A DNA stretch of 64,000 nt from the human T2T-CHM13v2.0 reference genome, Homo sapiens, in NCBI RefSeq assembly GCF_009914755.1, contig NC_060936.1; one strand, written 5' to 3'. The notes under the pieces are model-generated. The model had not been told where the DNA came from, did not search any database, and was given only the letters and a program-made list of their open reading frames with translations. The translations under genes and the position numbers were made by a program. Positions 36,377 through 56,389 of the stretch are shown here, one piece after another (position 1 is the first letter of the stretch; every line of letters begins with the position of its first letter).

Positions 36377-36590
36377 GCATGTGTAGCTACTCCAGGACAA
36401 TTTTACTTATTAAATATTTTTGATAATACATTTAAAAAGTGTAGTACCTTAGAATACTACCATGAATGACATAGAATCTCACCTTAAGAAAGACGCTGTC
36501 ATAATCTGTGCTGTACAGAAACCGTTGATACCCTGGAAAAAAGAAAGTCTAATATTACTAATACAACCCACTGGTTTCTTGCTGATAAAA
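36377..36590 (+). pseudogene. Exon remnant between linker and AAA1
   Basis: atttag|ACVATPGQFYLL (cf. P.Q+.L) ... DAVII/TETVDTLEKRKSNITNTTHW (cf. ALITIDVHARDIV..L......F.W)|gtaaaa. Confidence 0.5.
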
Positions 36591-37398
36591 GTAAAATAAA
36601 AAGTATTCTCTGTAATAACTTGCCATTTTCCATCTAACTGCATTAGGATCATATTTATAAAATCTTTCTAAATTGACAGAAAAATATAGACCAAATATTT
36701 TAACATAATTTATCTGTGTATGCATGTCACAGAATAGACATACCTTTGTATTAAGTTAAATTTTTCATTTAAAGTATCAAATTAAATATTTGAATTATAT
36801 ATAACATAATATAGAGATACACACATATAAGTCTCTTTTAATATTACTATTGACGTCTGTTAGTAAATAAATATATTTTATAATATTCCACTTAAGCATA
36901 AAGTTATTTTCCTTAAGAAAGTACTTCAGTCCGTATCACTGAACTTCACTTCACCAAAAAGGTGCACAGGCTAGTCTGTTACACATTTATCCATGTTATT
37001 GATTTTTCCATCACATATAAAAGGTTACAACATTCAAGAGATTGTTCCTGTTACAACAGTATAAATTCATTGCCTGGAACACAGTTTGCTATTGAATGTC
37101 TGCCAGACTGTGTTAACAAGGGTATTCAGAAGAAAACTGTGAAGGTATAAAACAATAAATAAGCGAATAAAATTCTCTAAAGATAACATGCCTTTAAAAT
37201 TATGTGTATTTTCTTTAAGCAAAGGTAGTTTGAGAAAATAAATATATTCTTATTTTGTATTATCTTTTCCCACTATACATAAACACATATTTATATTTTT
37301 AAAAACTCAGTGCTACTTTGGGCTATTTAAGTAACTCTAAGTAGAACCAATTATGTTGTTTTTCAAAGTTTGGTGTTATGTAAACATTATTCTTTCAG

Positions 37399-37620
37399 AC
37401 AAGAGTCAACTGTGAACATTTATATACTCTTGAGGCACAGATTCCTCCAGCTCTCCTGATATCTCCATCAGCATTTCTCTCTCTACTTAAATGTGCCGTG
37501 GTCAGCTTCTGTGGTCAACAACACCTCCATTGGAATTTCCACATTTTTCCTCTTTGTCTTCTTCCGTAGCTTCCACAGACAGCAAGAATAGTTGCAATTG
37601 GAGACTGACATTTTGAAACA
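37399..37620 (+). pseudogene. Exon remnant, start of AAA1
   Basis: tctttcag|TRVNCEHLYTLEAQIPPALLISPSAFLSLL resembles Y.YEYLG..PRLVITPLT. Confidence 0.5.
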
Positions 37621-37686
37621 GTAGTAGGTATTTTGGGATTCTCATGTCACATAAACTCATTTTTTAACATGAAGTTATCTTCACAG

Positions 37687-38110
37687 CCAGTTAGTCATAT
37701 CACAGAACACAGAGGCTAGGACCTAAAACCAGATTTCATTCACTGGCATGGAGCAGAAGAAAAGCAGAACTTAAAGAGACCCAACTATAGATCCCAAGAA
37801 ATTTGTTATTCAGAAGGCTGTAGCAACAATCGGTTGAATCCCATGCAAGCATTGTGTATTTGGTCACAGCAAGGTGTTTGGTTTATGGAGTTTATGTTTT
37901 CAATATTATACATTTGAAACATCGATGAAGAGAATCTAAACATTAGAGGTGATCACCAGATGATCAGGCAACCAGGAAAAACAGCATTGGTTTTGAAAAT
38001 ATTATAACAATGTTCACGACCAGAACTCTTGTAATTGGTCTTTTGACTGTACTTACTAGTGATGTACCTTTAAATATAATTCAGGATACATTTTAACAGG
38101 ATCTGATTTT
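37687..38110 (+). pseudogene. AAA1 exon remnant
   Basis: TARCLVYGVYVFN (cf. LA.ALG..C.VFNCS), SIGFENI (cf. W.CFDEF), ELLVIG (cf. EVLSVIA). No intact Walker A. Confidence 0.6.
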
Positions 38111-38701
38111 TTACAACTAGTTCATGAATTTTGTGAAAGACTGATGAACAAAATGGAATTGCTTATTCATCTTTGTATGGCTATCATCAACTAGAAACTT
38201 TAACACACTGTAGGCACAGGACTTTAGAATCCCATTAGTGATTTATGAAGTTTATATTTGGCTGATAATTTCTCATAGACACTGATGAAAAATATCATGT
38301 ACCTGAGAAGAGATATATATATTAAGCCAGATATTCAATTAAATAAAAAGTAATTAAGCAAAGATAATTTCATCTGGTTAAATTAAATTATATATTATTT
38401 TTGTAAATATTTTGTTATCAAATCAAAATAATTATGTGTTCTATTTAGGTAGAAAAAGAGTATGAATGAAAATGAATATTTTAGTTTTCTAATTATTAAT
38501 ATTTAACAAATTAGGTGGTATCTTCAATGTGAATAATAGAATTGTACTAGATATATAGTATTAGTACTATATATCTAATTAGTATTAGATAGAATTATAA
38601 TAGATATAATTTAGTTGATTTTGGATCCATTTTTGTGTGACTGTCTCCTTTCTGAAGCATTATTGTTAAAATGGTTAGTTTTTTGTACTATTGCTCTATA
38701 G

Positions 38702-38921
38702 CATGATGAAAAATATTTTGAGTCAAGTTGCAAATAATTGTGCTAGCATAAAATATTTCAAAGAGTTTTTAAAACAATTGGAGATATGTTTCATGTAGAA
38801 TTTTCTATAAATTGGCTAATAGAAGTATTTTATTATTTTCAAGAAATTTCTAATATTCAAATATCTCATAGATACTTAAATATATGTTCCTAAATATATG
38901 TAATATAATACAATGAATCAG
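38702..38921 (+). pseudogene. AAA1 C-terminal exon remnant
   Basis: IFQRVFKTIGDMFHVEFSINWLIEVFYYFQEISN resembles NLKALFRP.AMMVP.YALIAEV.LYSEGF. Confidence 0.55.
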
Positions 38922-39557
38922 GTTGCCATAATAAGATAATTATACATTTTTATCATTTTTAGATTTTATAAATGTAAACTTTGTTTCTGTGTAAAATGAA
39001 AATACATGTTTAAAAAATTTCAGATTAATGGTAATTGATTTGCTGCCTCAAAAAGAGGGCCCCAAATTTTTTCATTAAAAAAAAGAAAGGTAAGTGACCA
39101 AGCCTTCTACAGAGATAGTAATCTAAAAATTATTGTTGATTTGTAATGGTTACAGAAAAGTTTTCAAGATAACAAAACCTAACAAGTGAAAGTGAAATTC
39201 TACATTAATATATATTTTGAATACACATTCAATAAATTTCTAATTTTGAGATAAACAAATTATTTCAATCATATAAATGTCAGGTATTGCTAAATTGTAT
39301 GTTCTATTAAATAATAAGAAATGCATACTTCCTGTATTATTCTCATAAAAGCAGTTTCCTTCATGAGCACATGAACAGCTTCAAGAATCAAATTGACCAC
39401 ACTACATCACTCAGCAAAATGTATTGCAGATTGGGAACACAAAACATGAAAGAAAATGAAAGACAGAAAGATAATCTTTCCCTCAAATCTATGCTCACCT
39501 GAATCTTAAATCATGTATTATTTTCCCTTTATATAGTTCTTGATGGGAATCTTACAG

Positions 39558-39870
39558 AAAAAAAAATGGGTTAAACTGACAATTCTTCACTGTCAAGAGA
39601 AACCTATGGTCAGGGATATATATAATTCCCAAAGCTTTCATCATTAATATTTTATGAATCTTGCTGATCTGTCCCATCTGGAAGAAAAATATATCTTTCA
39701 TTTGTGCAAGCGGTGCCTGCCAAGTAATAGGTTTCATCTCTATAAGCTGAGTGGTGAAATGCAAACGGCAGCAAAGGTACTAGGAGGCAAAGTGTTCACT
39801 TTATTTATTTTACTGGAGTCTGGCTGCACTTTATTGGAGTTGCAGAGTCAGCCAAGCAAAGCGAAAGATC
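39558..39870 (+). pseudogene. AAA1 lid / AAA2 start exon remnant
   Basis: VRDI/IIPK/FMNLADL/CP (cf. RD.NLPK....F..++.DLFP), ACQVIGF...VVKC, HFIYFTG/ESGCT (degenerate Walker A). Confidence 0.55.
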
Positions 39871-40289
39871 TTTGGGGAAGTACGAGTGTCAATTCCTTGC
39901 CAATATACCTCAGCCTACACATGTGAATGCCCACGTGTTCAATCTGACTTTTAAATGAGGTGATTAGCCACGGTGACTTTTTTTTTTTAACATAAATATA
40001 TACAAGAAGCTTTGGTGACTGGAACATTGGAAAACCATTAGCTGAGTATTTGACTTTGTGTGTGTGTGTGTGTGTAGATGAGATGACTAAGAGACAAATT
40101 AATAATTTTTGGACACTTCTAACTTAAAAGGCAGGATGTTCTGTCCCTTGGTTGGGCATGACTTGCCTTAGCTGAACTAAGAATTTTGTGTAGGCTCATC
40201 TATGACACTGGAGCTGAGTATCCCCTGGGCAGTATTCAAACACAGAAGAGCAAACAGAGAAAGTGTTCTAAGACCCCCTTTCCAAGACA

Positions 40290-41530
40290 TAAACACAGGG
40301 CATAATCTCTATAATACTGGTCTGGAAAATGACTTTTTGGGGGAGATTAAGACCCCAAAAGCATAGAAACCAAAGCAAAAAATAGACAAATGGGATTATA
40401 TCAAATTAGAAAGCTCTAAACAGCAAGAGAAACAATGGATAAAACAAAAAGATAGCCTGCAAAATGGCAGAAAAAATTGTAACCGTGTATCTCCTAAGTT
40501 ACTATTCTAAATGTATAAGGAACTCAAACAAACTATTAGCAAGAAAACAAATGGTCCAATTAAAAATGGGCCAAGTACAGGAATAAACATTTCTCAAAAG
40601 AAGACCAACAGGTATATACATAAAATGACCAACAGGTATATACATAAAAAATGCTCAGCCTCACTCATTACCAGAGAAATGCAAGTAAAATTCATGATGA
40701 GTTATCACCTGACCTGTTAGAATGGCCACCATAAAAAAAGATGAAAAATAAGTGTTAGGGAGGATATGGAGAAAAAGGAAACCCCGTGTACACTGATGGT
40801 GGGGATGTAAATTAGTACAGCCGCTATGGAAAACAGTATGATAGTTTCTCAAAAATTGAAAAAAAGAACTACCTTATGATCTAGCCATCCCACTACTGGT
40901 TACATAATCAAATGAAATGAAATCAGTATGTCAAAGAGATACCTGCACTCCCATGTTTATTGCAGCACTCTTCATAATAGCCAAGATATGGAGTCAACCC
41001 AAGTGTCCAGCAATGGATAAATGGATAAAGAAAAACTATTCAGTCTTAAAAACAAGGGAATCCTGTAATTTGCCACATCATGGATGAACCCAGAGGATAT
41101 TGTGCTAAGTGAATTAAACCAAGCACAAAGAGACAGATATCACATGTTCTCACTAGTATGTGGGAGTTATTATAAAAAAGCTGAACTGATAAAAGTAAAG
41201 GACAGTAGGATAGTAGTTACCAGGGGCTGGAATGGAGGTGTGGAGATAGAAAGATGTTCTTTGAAGGTTATACAATTTCAATTAGATAGGTGAAATAAGT
41301 TCAAGAGATCTATTGTACAACAGTTCAGTGACTATAGTTAATAACAGCATATTGTATACTTGAAAATTGCTAAGACTGAAAAATGATAAGCATTTGAAGT
41401 AATGCATATGTTAATTAGCTCAATTTAGCCATTCCACAATGTATATATATTTTAAAACATCATGTTTTACAAGATAAATATATCCATCATTTATTTATCA
41501 ATTAAAAATAATGAATAAATTAGCTTAAAA
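40290..41530 (+). mobile_element. L1MA-type 3' fragment
   Basis: ORF2 C-terminal remnants and L1MA 3'UTR (gtatacttgaaaattgctaaga...ccattccacaatgtata). Confidence 0.8.
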
Positions 41531-42424
41531 AAACAAAATAAAACAATGACAACAAAAGCCAGAAACACAGTGGGTTTCTGTCTGTTAGGTTTATCTAGTT
41601 CATAGGTCCACCATGAGTGAAGTGTGGGCCTCTCATTTGGATGAAAATAATTTCTGTAGTAATGTATTTAGTGCATAATCAGAAAAAACATCTCGGTTTT
41701 AAAGGAGAATTTTCCTTCACTAAAAAATCTAAAATTTAAAACTCCTTGAAACGGTTTCCCTTTTCTTCAGCAAACTTATTTCAATTTTTAATGAAATATT
41801 AAGGACTGTGATTATTTAACATCTTTCTGATCTTTTAGAACATAAGACCCTTTCTATTTTGTGCAAAATTGTATCCCCAGAGTCTTGCACACTGTTGACA
41901 AGCAGTAAATATTCAGTAAGTTTTTGTTGAAAGATTTGCATATTTTTCATTTTTATCAGTAGCTTCCAACATGTTCTAACATCATAAGCCTCAACAAGGC
42001 TTGGGGTAAGAGTGATGATTTATTCAAACTACAGCTACTAATCATAAATTTACATAAAGCACTGTGTTAGAAATTGAGTGATACTAAAATGCCTAAGATT
42101 AATTTCTGGGCTTCAGGGAGTTAACCGTCTAGTTGAGGGAATAAGATATATGTGTAAAAATAATGCCAAATGTGAAATATTAAGTGACTAGAGAATATAT
42201 GAGCTGAAATTGTACATTAGACAAAAGAAATAAAAGGACATTCCTGATAATGAGAACCACATGAGTAAATACATTAATATCAAAAGTCTCTAAACCATAA
42301 ATCATATAAGTGATGTTGAGGATGATGGAGCTTAGAATGACTGACAAAAGAACACTATCCCTGTCTATAAGAATTATCTAATCCCTGATCTTTAATTGAT
42401 TTGTCTATTTACTCTTTGTCATAG

Positions 42425-42791
42425 AAAAGCATGTGATTTCCATGTATGCAAAGGATCAACACTGGATACACATGTTAATATAATATTACCACAAACATAT
42501 AAGGGTTTTTTTTTTCTGACACTCAACTGGCAGCTGGGTGCTTCAAACTTTTTAAATCTTTACCATCCTAAAATGGGTGAGGGTAAAGGGAGAATAGTAT
42601 CTTGTTTTCATTTGATCTTTACTTATGATTCAAGTATCTTTTCACGTCTTCATTCTCTCTTTCAGCCTCAGCTCTTTTTTCATTCCCCTGTTATCCAGTT
42701 CATTTGCCTGACTCCTTGGCATCAGCTTCCAGGCTATGCAATCACAAGTGGAGCATATATTCATTTTCAGAGAAAAGTAGCCATTCATTGA
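42425..42791 (+). pseudogene. AAA2 exon remnant, still open for ~120 codons
   Basis: gtcatag|; ORF 42396..42791. THVNIILPQTYKGFFFLTLNWQLG resembles VKTYVLNPK...LYGEVNNLTLEWKDG; QLPGYAITSGAYIHF resembles ASPATVSRCGMV. Confidence 0.65.
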
Positions 42792-43043
42792 CACTCTCTA
42801 GCTAAGTAAAATACTTGCTAGTTGTTACTCTTCAATGGCTTGACTATACCACTAGTTTCAACAAGTTAAAAAAAATTATTCCAGGCATTCTTCTGGATAA
42901 TTTTAATGAGTTCTGTACTCACTAAAGCCTTTACTTTGCCATTAACTTGTTAGCTCTATTATGAGCTAAACTTTATGTCAGTTTGAGAAAACTATTATTT
43001 GAGCTTATAAAGCATGCAGTATGTGAAATGAGTGATCTATTTA

Positions 43044-43722
43044 TTTTTATTTTTTAATTATACTTTACGTTCTAGGGTACACGTGCACAACGTGCAGGTT
43101 TGTTACATATGTATACATGTGCCATGTTGGTTTGCTTCACCCATTAACTTGTCATGTACGTTAGGCATTTCTCCTAATGCTATCCCTCCTCCACTCCTCC
43201 ACCCCCTTAAGGCCCCAGTGTGTGATATTCCCCACCCTGTGTCCAAGTGTTCTCATTGTTCAATTCCCACCTATGAGTGAGAACATGCAGTGTTTGGTTT
43301 TCTGTTCTTGTGGTAGTTTGCTCAGAATGATGGTTTCCAGCTGTATCTATGTCCCTGCAAAGCACATGAACTCATCCTTTTTTATGGCTGCATAGTATTC
43401 CTTGGTGTATATGTGCCACATTTTCTTAATCCAGTCTATCATTGATGGACATTTGGGCTGGTTCCAGGTCTTTGCCATTGTGAATAGTGCTGCAATAAAC
43501 ATACGTGTGCATGTGTCTTTATAGTAGCATTATTTATAATCCGTTGGGTATATACCCAGTAATAGGATCGCTGGATCAAATGGTATTTCTAGTTCTAGAT
43601 CCTTGAGGAATCACCACACTGTCTTCCACAATGGTTGAACTAATTTACACTCCCAACAGTGTAAAAGCATTCCTATTTCTCCACATCCTCTCCAGCATCT
43701 GTTGTTTCCTAACTTTTTAATG
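43044..43722 (-). mobile_element. 5'-truncated L1PA (PA7/8-like)
   Basis: 3'UTR on minus; TSD aatga(g/a)tgatctattta at 43027-43043 and 43723-43739. Confidence 0.9.
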
Positions 43723-43989
43723 AATGAATGATCTATTTAAAGTGATAATATAAAAATTTAAAGTTAAGTAGGAAAATAAACATACTAATATTGGAGAAAA
43801 TATTTCTGTATTTCCTTGATTTTAAAATCAAAGTAATTTTCTTTAAAGCTAATATCAAACTAGTTGAACTTATATTAATTTTATTTAAAAAAATTTCTTT
43901 TATATCCTTTAGACCTCAAAATTTTTGAAATTTGCAGATTCCATAATAATGTATTTCTAAAATTATGTAAACTCTTTTACTAATTATTA

Positions 43990-44083
43990 TTATTTTCTTT
44001 TTTAGAGACAGGGTCTAGCTCTGTGGTTCAGGCTGGAGCACAGTGGCACAATCATGGCTCACTGCATCCTCAAATTCCTGGGC
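43990..44083 (-). mobile_element. Alu fragment (FLAM/AluJ-like)
   Basis: gagacagggtctagctctg...ctcactgcatcctcaaattcctgggct. Confidence 0.75.
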
Positions 44084-44969
44084 TGTTATAGTATCTACCG
44101 TTTTGGTCTTTTCAGTACATTTCTATCCAATTATGTAAGTGAATGAAACTCTGCTGCCAAAAGGAAATTCTGGTCAGATCCCTCTTTTTTCTGATCCCTT
44201 TATTGGTTTCTCATTGTTTGAATAAATACATTTCTTAGCCATATATTTTACTCCCACCAATAATTCTATCCTGCAACTACACTGAACTACCTGCTATTTT
44301 CCAAACACATTTCATGTGAGCTTTCATGCTTCAGTGACTTTGAACATATATTCCATTTTCCTAGACAATACTTTGATTAACTGTCACCTCTGCAGGAATG
44401 GCTGTGACCCCTATAGCAATATTGGTCTCTCTCTCTTCTTGGGACTTCAATTAGAGGACTAAGTCCATCTTACTGCAATCTTTGTGTGAATGTCAGTATC
44501 TACCCAACGCTGTAACCTCAAGGGCAGAAATCATAGCATGCCATTTTTGTGTTTGGAATACAGTAGATCTTCAATAATTGTTTGCTAAATGACTAGTATA
44601 ATAAATTCATATAAGATTTTCCCACTAATTGGAGCTTTTAAGGGAAATACTTTAATTCAACAAGATTTCTATAGCAGACAGAACTTTGACTTCTATACAC
44701 TGCTATTTAAGAAACTAATTTTGATTTGGCAGTTGTTTCTGGATGTCTCAAATAATATATTATTATAGATTTACTTAAATGTAAAGGCTTTTTAAATCTA
44801 GATTTTAACCTACATTACCACACTTCTTTGCTTAATGATTAAATGAACTTTTGCTTAGATTTTTATAAAAGAGAGAGTAAATAAAATGTACATTTAATTA
44901 ACACAGTGAATATTTTTTGTATCTACATATTTCAATTGTTAATGGGATTTCATGACCTAAATTGGCCAG

Positions 44970-45227
44970 AAAACTGTAATATTATTTTATTACACTCATG
45001 CATATAAATGCTATAATAAATCTGCTAGAAAGAGATAATGCAATCAAATTAAAAAGCCCCACCAGAAAGATGACAGTTTTCTTTCTGGTCATTTCTTTGA
45101 GTAGTTTGTGTAAGTGGTATAAATCTCAAAAAATCTATAAAATATTTTACAGTCTGCCAAATAAGATGTTCAAATTCCTCTCATGACTTCTTTCAGCAAG
45201 AAAAATGAACTCAATATTATGCTAATA
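44970..45227 (+). pseudogene. AAA2 lid exon remnant
   Basis: NAIINLLERDNAIKL.../FSFWSF resembles F...WS.GG. Confidence 0.4.
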
Positions 45228-45837
45228 GTAAAAAATGTTTCCCTAGTAGTTTATATAATATTCAAAAAAGCTTACAGTTAATTATGCCTTACAATTTACA
45301 GTTCTTTAAAATTGGGAAATGCTTTAAGCATATTATTGTCATCGACTCATACAATAGTCTTATGAAGCAAGTATAACAATTTGTGATATTAACTTTATTT
45401 TTTTATTGAGAAATGAAATCCTAAAACATTTGGTAACTTATCCAAGGCAACATATATATGTCTTCTAGGTTTGAAATGAAATTAATTCATGGTATATAGT
45501 GTAGAAAAATGTCTTTCTCTCTTTTGTTGACATGGTGTTTCTATGATTTTAGTAAAAAAGTAAGAGTTAATTCAACTACAACAACACATGCTTGAACATC
45601 TAATTTATTATTTTATTTATCTTTTAGATGTAAAAATGTCTTGTTTTTTTCAAGACATTTGAAATTCTCCCCAATTCCAATCTTACTAATCAATGGTCTT
45701 ACATGTATACAAACATTTACAAAGATATGCACATTTATTTAGGAATATAAGTAGATTTAAAGAATATAATATTTTACACCAACATCTTATTCAATTCATA
45801 TGCCACAACACTCCATATCCCTGAAAGATCTAACATG

Positions 45838-46150
45838 TTTTTTGCTTTTTATTTGTTTTGTTTTGTTTTTCGAAACAGAGTCTCACTTTGTCTCCCAGGC
45901 TGGTCTTCAGTGGCATGATTTCAGCTTACTGCAACCTCCACCTCCCAGGTTCAGGCAATTCTTGTGTGCCTTGGCTGACTGAGTAGCTGTGATTACAGGT
46001 GCCTGCTACCACACTTGACTAATTTTTGTATTTTTAGTAGAGATGGGGTTTCTCCATGTTGGCCAGTCTTGAATTCCTGACCTCAAGTGATCCGCCTGCC
46101 TCTGCCTCCCTAAGTGCTGGGATTACAGGCATGAGCCACCGCACCCAGCC
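45838..46150 (-). mobile_element. AluS element
   Basis: Full dimer, cctgacctcaagtgatccgcc; TSD taacatgt. Confidence 0.9.
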
Positions 46151-47440
46151 TTAACATGTCTTCTTAATGTTCACACTAGCCCTTTCTTCATCATTTATTC
46201 ATCTCTTTGTTTTAATATTTGATTATCCCTTCGTTGTTTTCTTCTCCTCTCAGAAGAAACCATAGTTCTCTGCAGGAGCTGGGCTCAGACCAGTGTTTCC
46301 GGTTTCCTTTCTGCTGGTTGGAAACTGACCTGTCTTCTGCGTTCTCTGTGAGCTACAGGTAGCCCAGGCTACCCCTTTTCTCCCTTTTGGAAGATACATC
46401 CCTGCTATCAGAGCAGACTAAGGATATTAAAAGCCTCAATCTGAAGTGGCTTGTATAGTTGACAGAGGCTACATAGGTTGTAGTAGGCAGATCTTTTAGC
46501 ACAACCACAGTGGGAAACTTCAATGTAGCTGATTACAAGGAGCTAAAGTGAGAAGGGTCCTGTCCCTTTGGTTGTTGCTCCTTTCACTTGCCCCTTTCTC
46601 TGTATCAAGAACACCAGAGCAGCAGCCCCTAACACAAGACTCTAACACCGTGTAAGATAAGTTTTCAACCCCACACTGTCTACCTTAAAATACAAGTCAG
46701 CACACTGAAACTAACCAGAGGAATAAGAGACGAAGATCTTATACAGAATGAGAACGGGAATAAGGCAGAAAGATTAAGAAAAGACAGCATTTTCTTTCAA
46801 GACTTTTCTTTTGTTATTTCTTGGAGGGAGAGAGGGAAACACGCAAACATGGCTATCTACTAGGAATAATTTAGTTAGGTATAATATGAAATGAGGACTA
46901 GAACTTCAGTTTTTCCAAAAAAAGTGAAGAACTTGGGGTATGACAGATCTATTTATAGGTCAAGGGCTCTACTAAGCTTTCTGACACACAAAGGTAGGCC
47001 CCTAGGTAGACTGACCTCTTCTAAATTGTCACTTCATTGAAAGGATAAAGAATTGTTTTTCAATTATAGAATTTTCTGAGGCCTCCAAGTATTTTTTGTT
47101 TGTTTATGTAAACAATAAAAGTATTTAGGAAAAGTTCAAGCAACTTTTACAATTGTTTTATAAAGAGTTAGGAAAAGAATGGCTTCCACAGTTTAAAATA
47201 TATCTAGTTGTTTAATTATGCAAAATGCCTGTTATAGCTTATGTTTATGGCTGGCTATTTAGTCGTATCATGATACAATACTTGCAATAAAATACAACCT
47301 AAGGGGTCTAATAAAGTAGAAATAATTAATTCATACAATCCTAATTAATCAATAATATTTAATTATAAAATTATATCCTAGGAATTAAAATTTTATGAAC
47401 CCTCGCATTGAGCAAATGTGTATAATCTTTCAATTTGCAG

Positions 47441-47700
47441 CTGTTAAAATCTAAGAGAGATAGCACAAAATGACTGAAGAAAATAAATAGAAACATTTAT
47501 TGCTTAGATTCTGTATCTTCAGAGGAAAATTTATCTGTAGAATTCAGCCCAAAAGTGGACTCATTTCTTTTTTCAGGAATTAGTTGTAAGGAGTGAAATC
47601 CTTGGTTTGAAGAAAAATCATAAGAAAACCCCGTGGTGGGCAGACATTTCTTGGTGCTCCTGGGGGACTGAGCTGGCCAGGAAAATTCCATTCTGGAAAC
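47441..47700 (+). pseudogene. AAA3 exon remnant
   Basis: tttgcag|...LSVEFSPKVDSFL/FQELV (cf. LNFSAQTSSARTQEII) and PVVGRHFLVLLGD/LSWP (cf. P.GK++++F+DDLNMP). Confidence 0.65.
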
Positions 47701-47877
47701 TAATAGGGGAAATTTCATATGCTTCTTGGGGGAACATGTAGGGAGGAAGGAAATCCTGCGCCCATCATTTCACCCAGTTTTTTCATCCCCAATATGGGCT
47801 TTCAACTTGGTGACAGAGTAGAGGAAGAAAGCCTTGGTTAGGTGCTTCACTTTCAAGAAAAGAGACAGACACTGTCT

Positions 47878-54517
<6,640 letters not shown>

Positions 54518-54596
54518 AAAAGAGACAGTGAAAGTGCAAATTGCCAAATGTTTCTTTAGTATTTATTTCATTATATTTCATTTTTGATGACATTAG

Positions 54597-54903
54597 ACCA
54601 TCTTTTTCATCAACATAAGGCATGTAGTAGATTATGAATCCTGCTGGTCTCTGTTGATGATCAGATGCCAAAGCAGGAGTAAATTTTCTTGACATGCAGA
54701 GCAAGAGTTGGAGCAGAAATTGAGGTGTTATCTCGTCATCACAGCATGTAGATCCTGGATCCGTGAGCCCTGTCAGATGGATTTGCTCCTCACCAAAAAA
54801 TCTGGAAGATCCTCAGGTCCTTTTAAGCCTCTGCTAAATGCTGCACAGATACCTCTCCAAAATTTCAAATTTGACATCCACTTCAGTTAATTTGGAAATG
54901 CTG
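54597..54903 (+). pseudogene. AAA3 exon remnant
   Basis: cattag|...FLDMQSKSW/EQKLRCYLVITAC resembles FYDRNKLFWKEIQDVTIISAC. Confidence 0.6.
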
Positions 54904-56389
54904 TGTATGTTCTTTTCTCATACCTTACTAAAGTTTCTCTGACCAACCTGTGCTATCAAACATATATCACACATTTTGTTATCAAGGGCACCAAAGCAGA
55001 TTTTTAAGGAACAAATAATTATTTGTTTGTTTTTGTTGTTCTTTTAAACTTTGGCTTGCCTTTTTGGCAGATGTTCTACTCTTCATGTCTTAATCTGCTT
55101 TGCAACTATCTCTAAACTATCCTTTCCCTCTATTAGGAAAAGTAGCAAGTTTTGTCATCATCATTGATATTAGTTTGTTTTTCATTTATTGTTATAATTC
55201 ATTCATTATGTTACTAATGAAGCTCTTGTACTTCACTTTCAGGGTTTGTATTTTCTGATTCCAAGGATGCATTCTTATTTTTCAGAGTTGATGTAAGTCA
55301 TAACTGCTTCTGTTTTCTTTTTTAGGAACATAAATATATAGATAAATATGAATATAAATATATATAAGTATATTTATATGTTATAAATATAAGCATAGCA
55401 TATTTATATTATATATATATATTTATACACACACACACAGACACTTCCAGGAAATGCCTATTCTTTCCTCTGTTTGCTTGTGTGAAGGCTTGTGCCAATC
55501 TAATCTATAGTCGAGCTGGCTCTCTGGGCTTTGGGAGTTATGAGGCATTCTCTTTACTATTCCAGCTTTTTATGCCTCTGAAGATCTCTCTCTACTTTGC
55601 TGCCCTGTCCCCTTTTACCTGTAGCAGTACAGTCTATGAAAGCCCAGTAAACCTTGGGGTGGGCTTTCTCTTCTCTTTGTTGCAATCTTTGAAAGGGTGT
55701 GGCCTTGCACTCTGTGAAGTCCCTCTGTAAGAGTTGGTTGATAATATAGTATTGCTTTAGGTGGGAGACTCCTTAAAATTCGAATTCACCACTCCAACCT
55801 ATATGTGGTCATTAATAGTTTGTTAAAAATTGGACTGGTTTGTCCTCATTTCTGTCTAAAGCAGATTGTCTCCTGCTGCTGCGGTGCCCTCAGGGATGAA
55901 AACAGTCATGTGAGTCCTTTATTCTGGGAAGGTGTCATTTTTTTCTGGAATTTGGTCATGTCATTTTGTACCTTCAGTTTTCGGAGTTAAAAATAATATA
56001 ACATTATAGTGTACCTTGCTTATTGTTAAGTATTATTTTAATAAGTATCTCCCCACAAAACTCTTCTGTTTATCTTAAATGAGGACAGCCCCACCAACAA
56101 ATACAGTAATTCAAGTCAAATCTGAGATAATGTAGATTTACTCCTCAAATGTTGTATTCAGTAGCACTGGTGATCCTTCCATAAGTGACTGGGTTAATAA
56201 CAACACTCCAAGCTAACAGTAAATTAAAATATATGTGTGAGTTTTAGATTTTACATGGGCTATTTATTTGAAACTGATATCTATAGTGGAAAAGTCTCCA
56301 ATCTTAATATTCTATGTATGGCACTAAGGTGGAAGTGAACAGTGTGAACTATGGCAGATTGGGTAAGAAAATGAATCTACACAATATTC

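Noticed and set aside
37020-37145. Exon-like segment with AG/GT ends
   Set aside because: Partly resembles an L2 3' end; no convincing dynein motif.
46254-46358. Exon-like segment ctctcag|...cag|gtagcc
   Set aside because: No frame resembles the AAA3 N-terminal region; cannot be supported.
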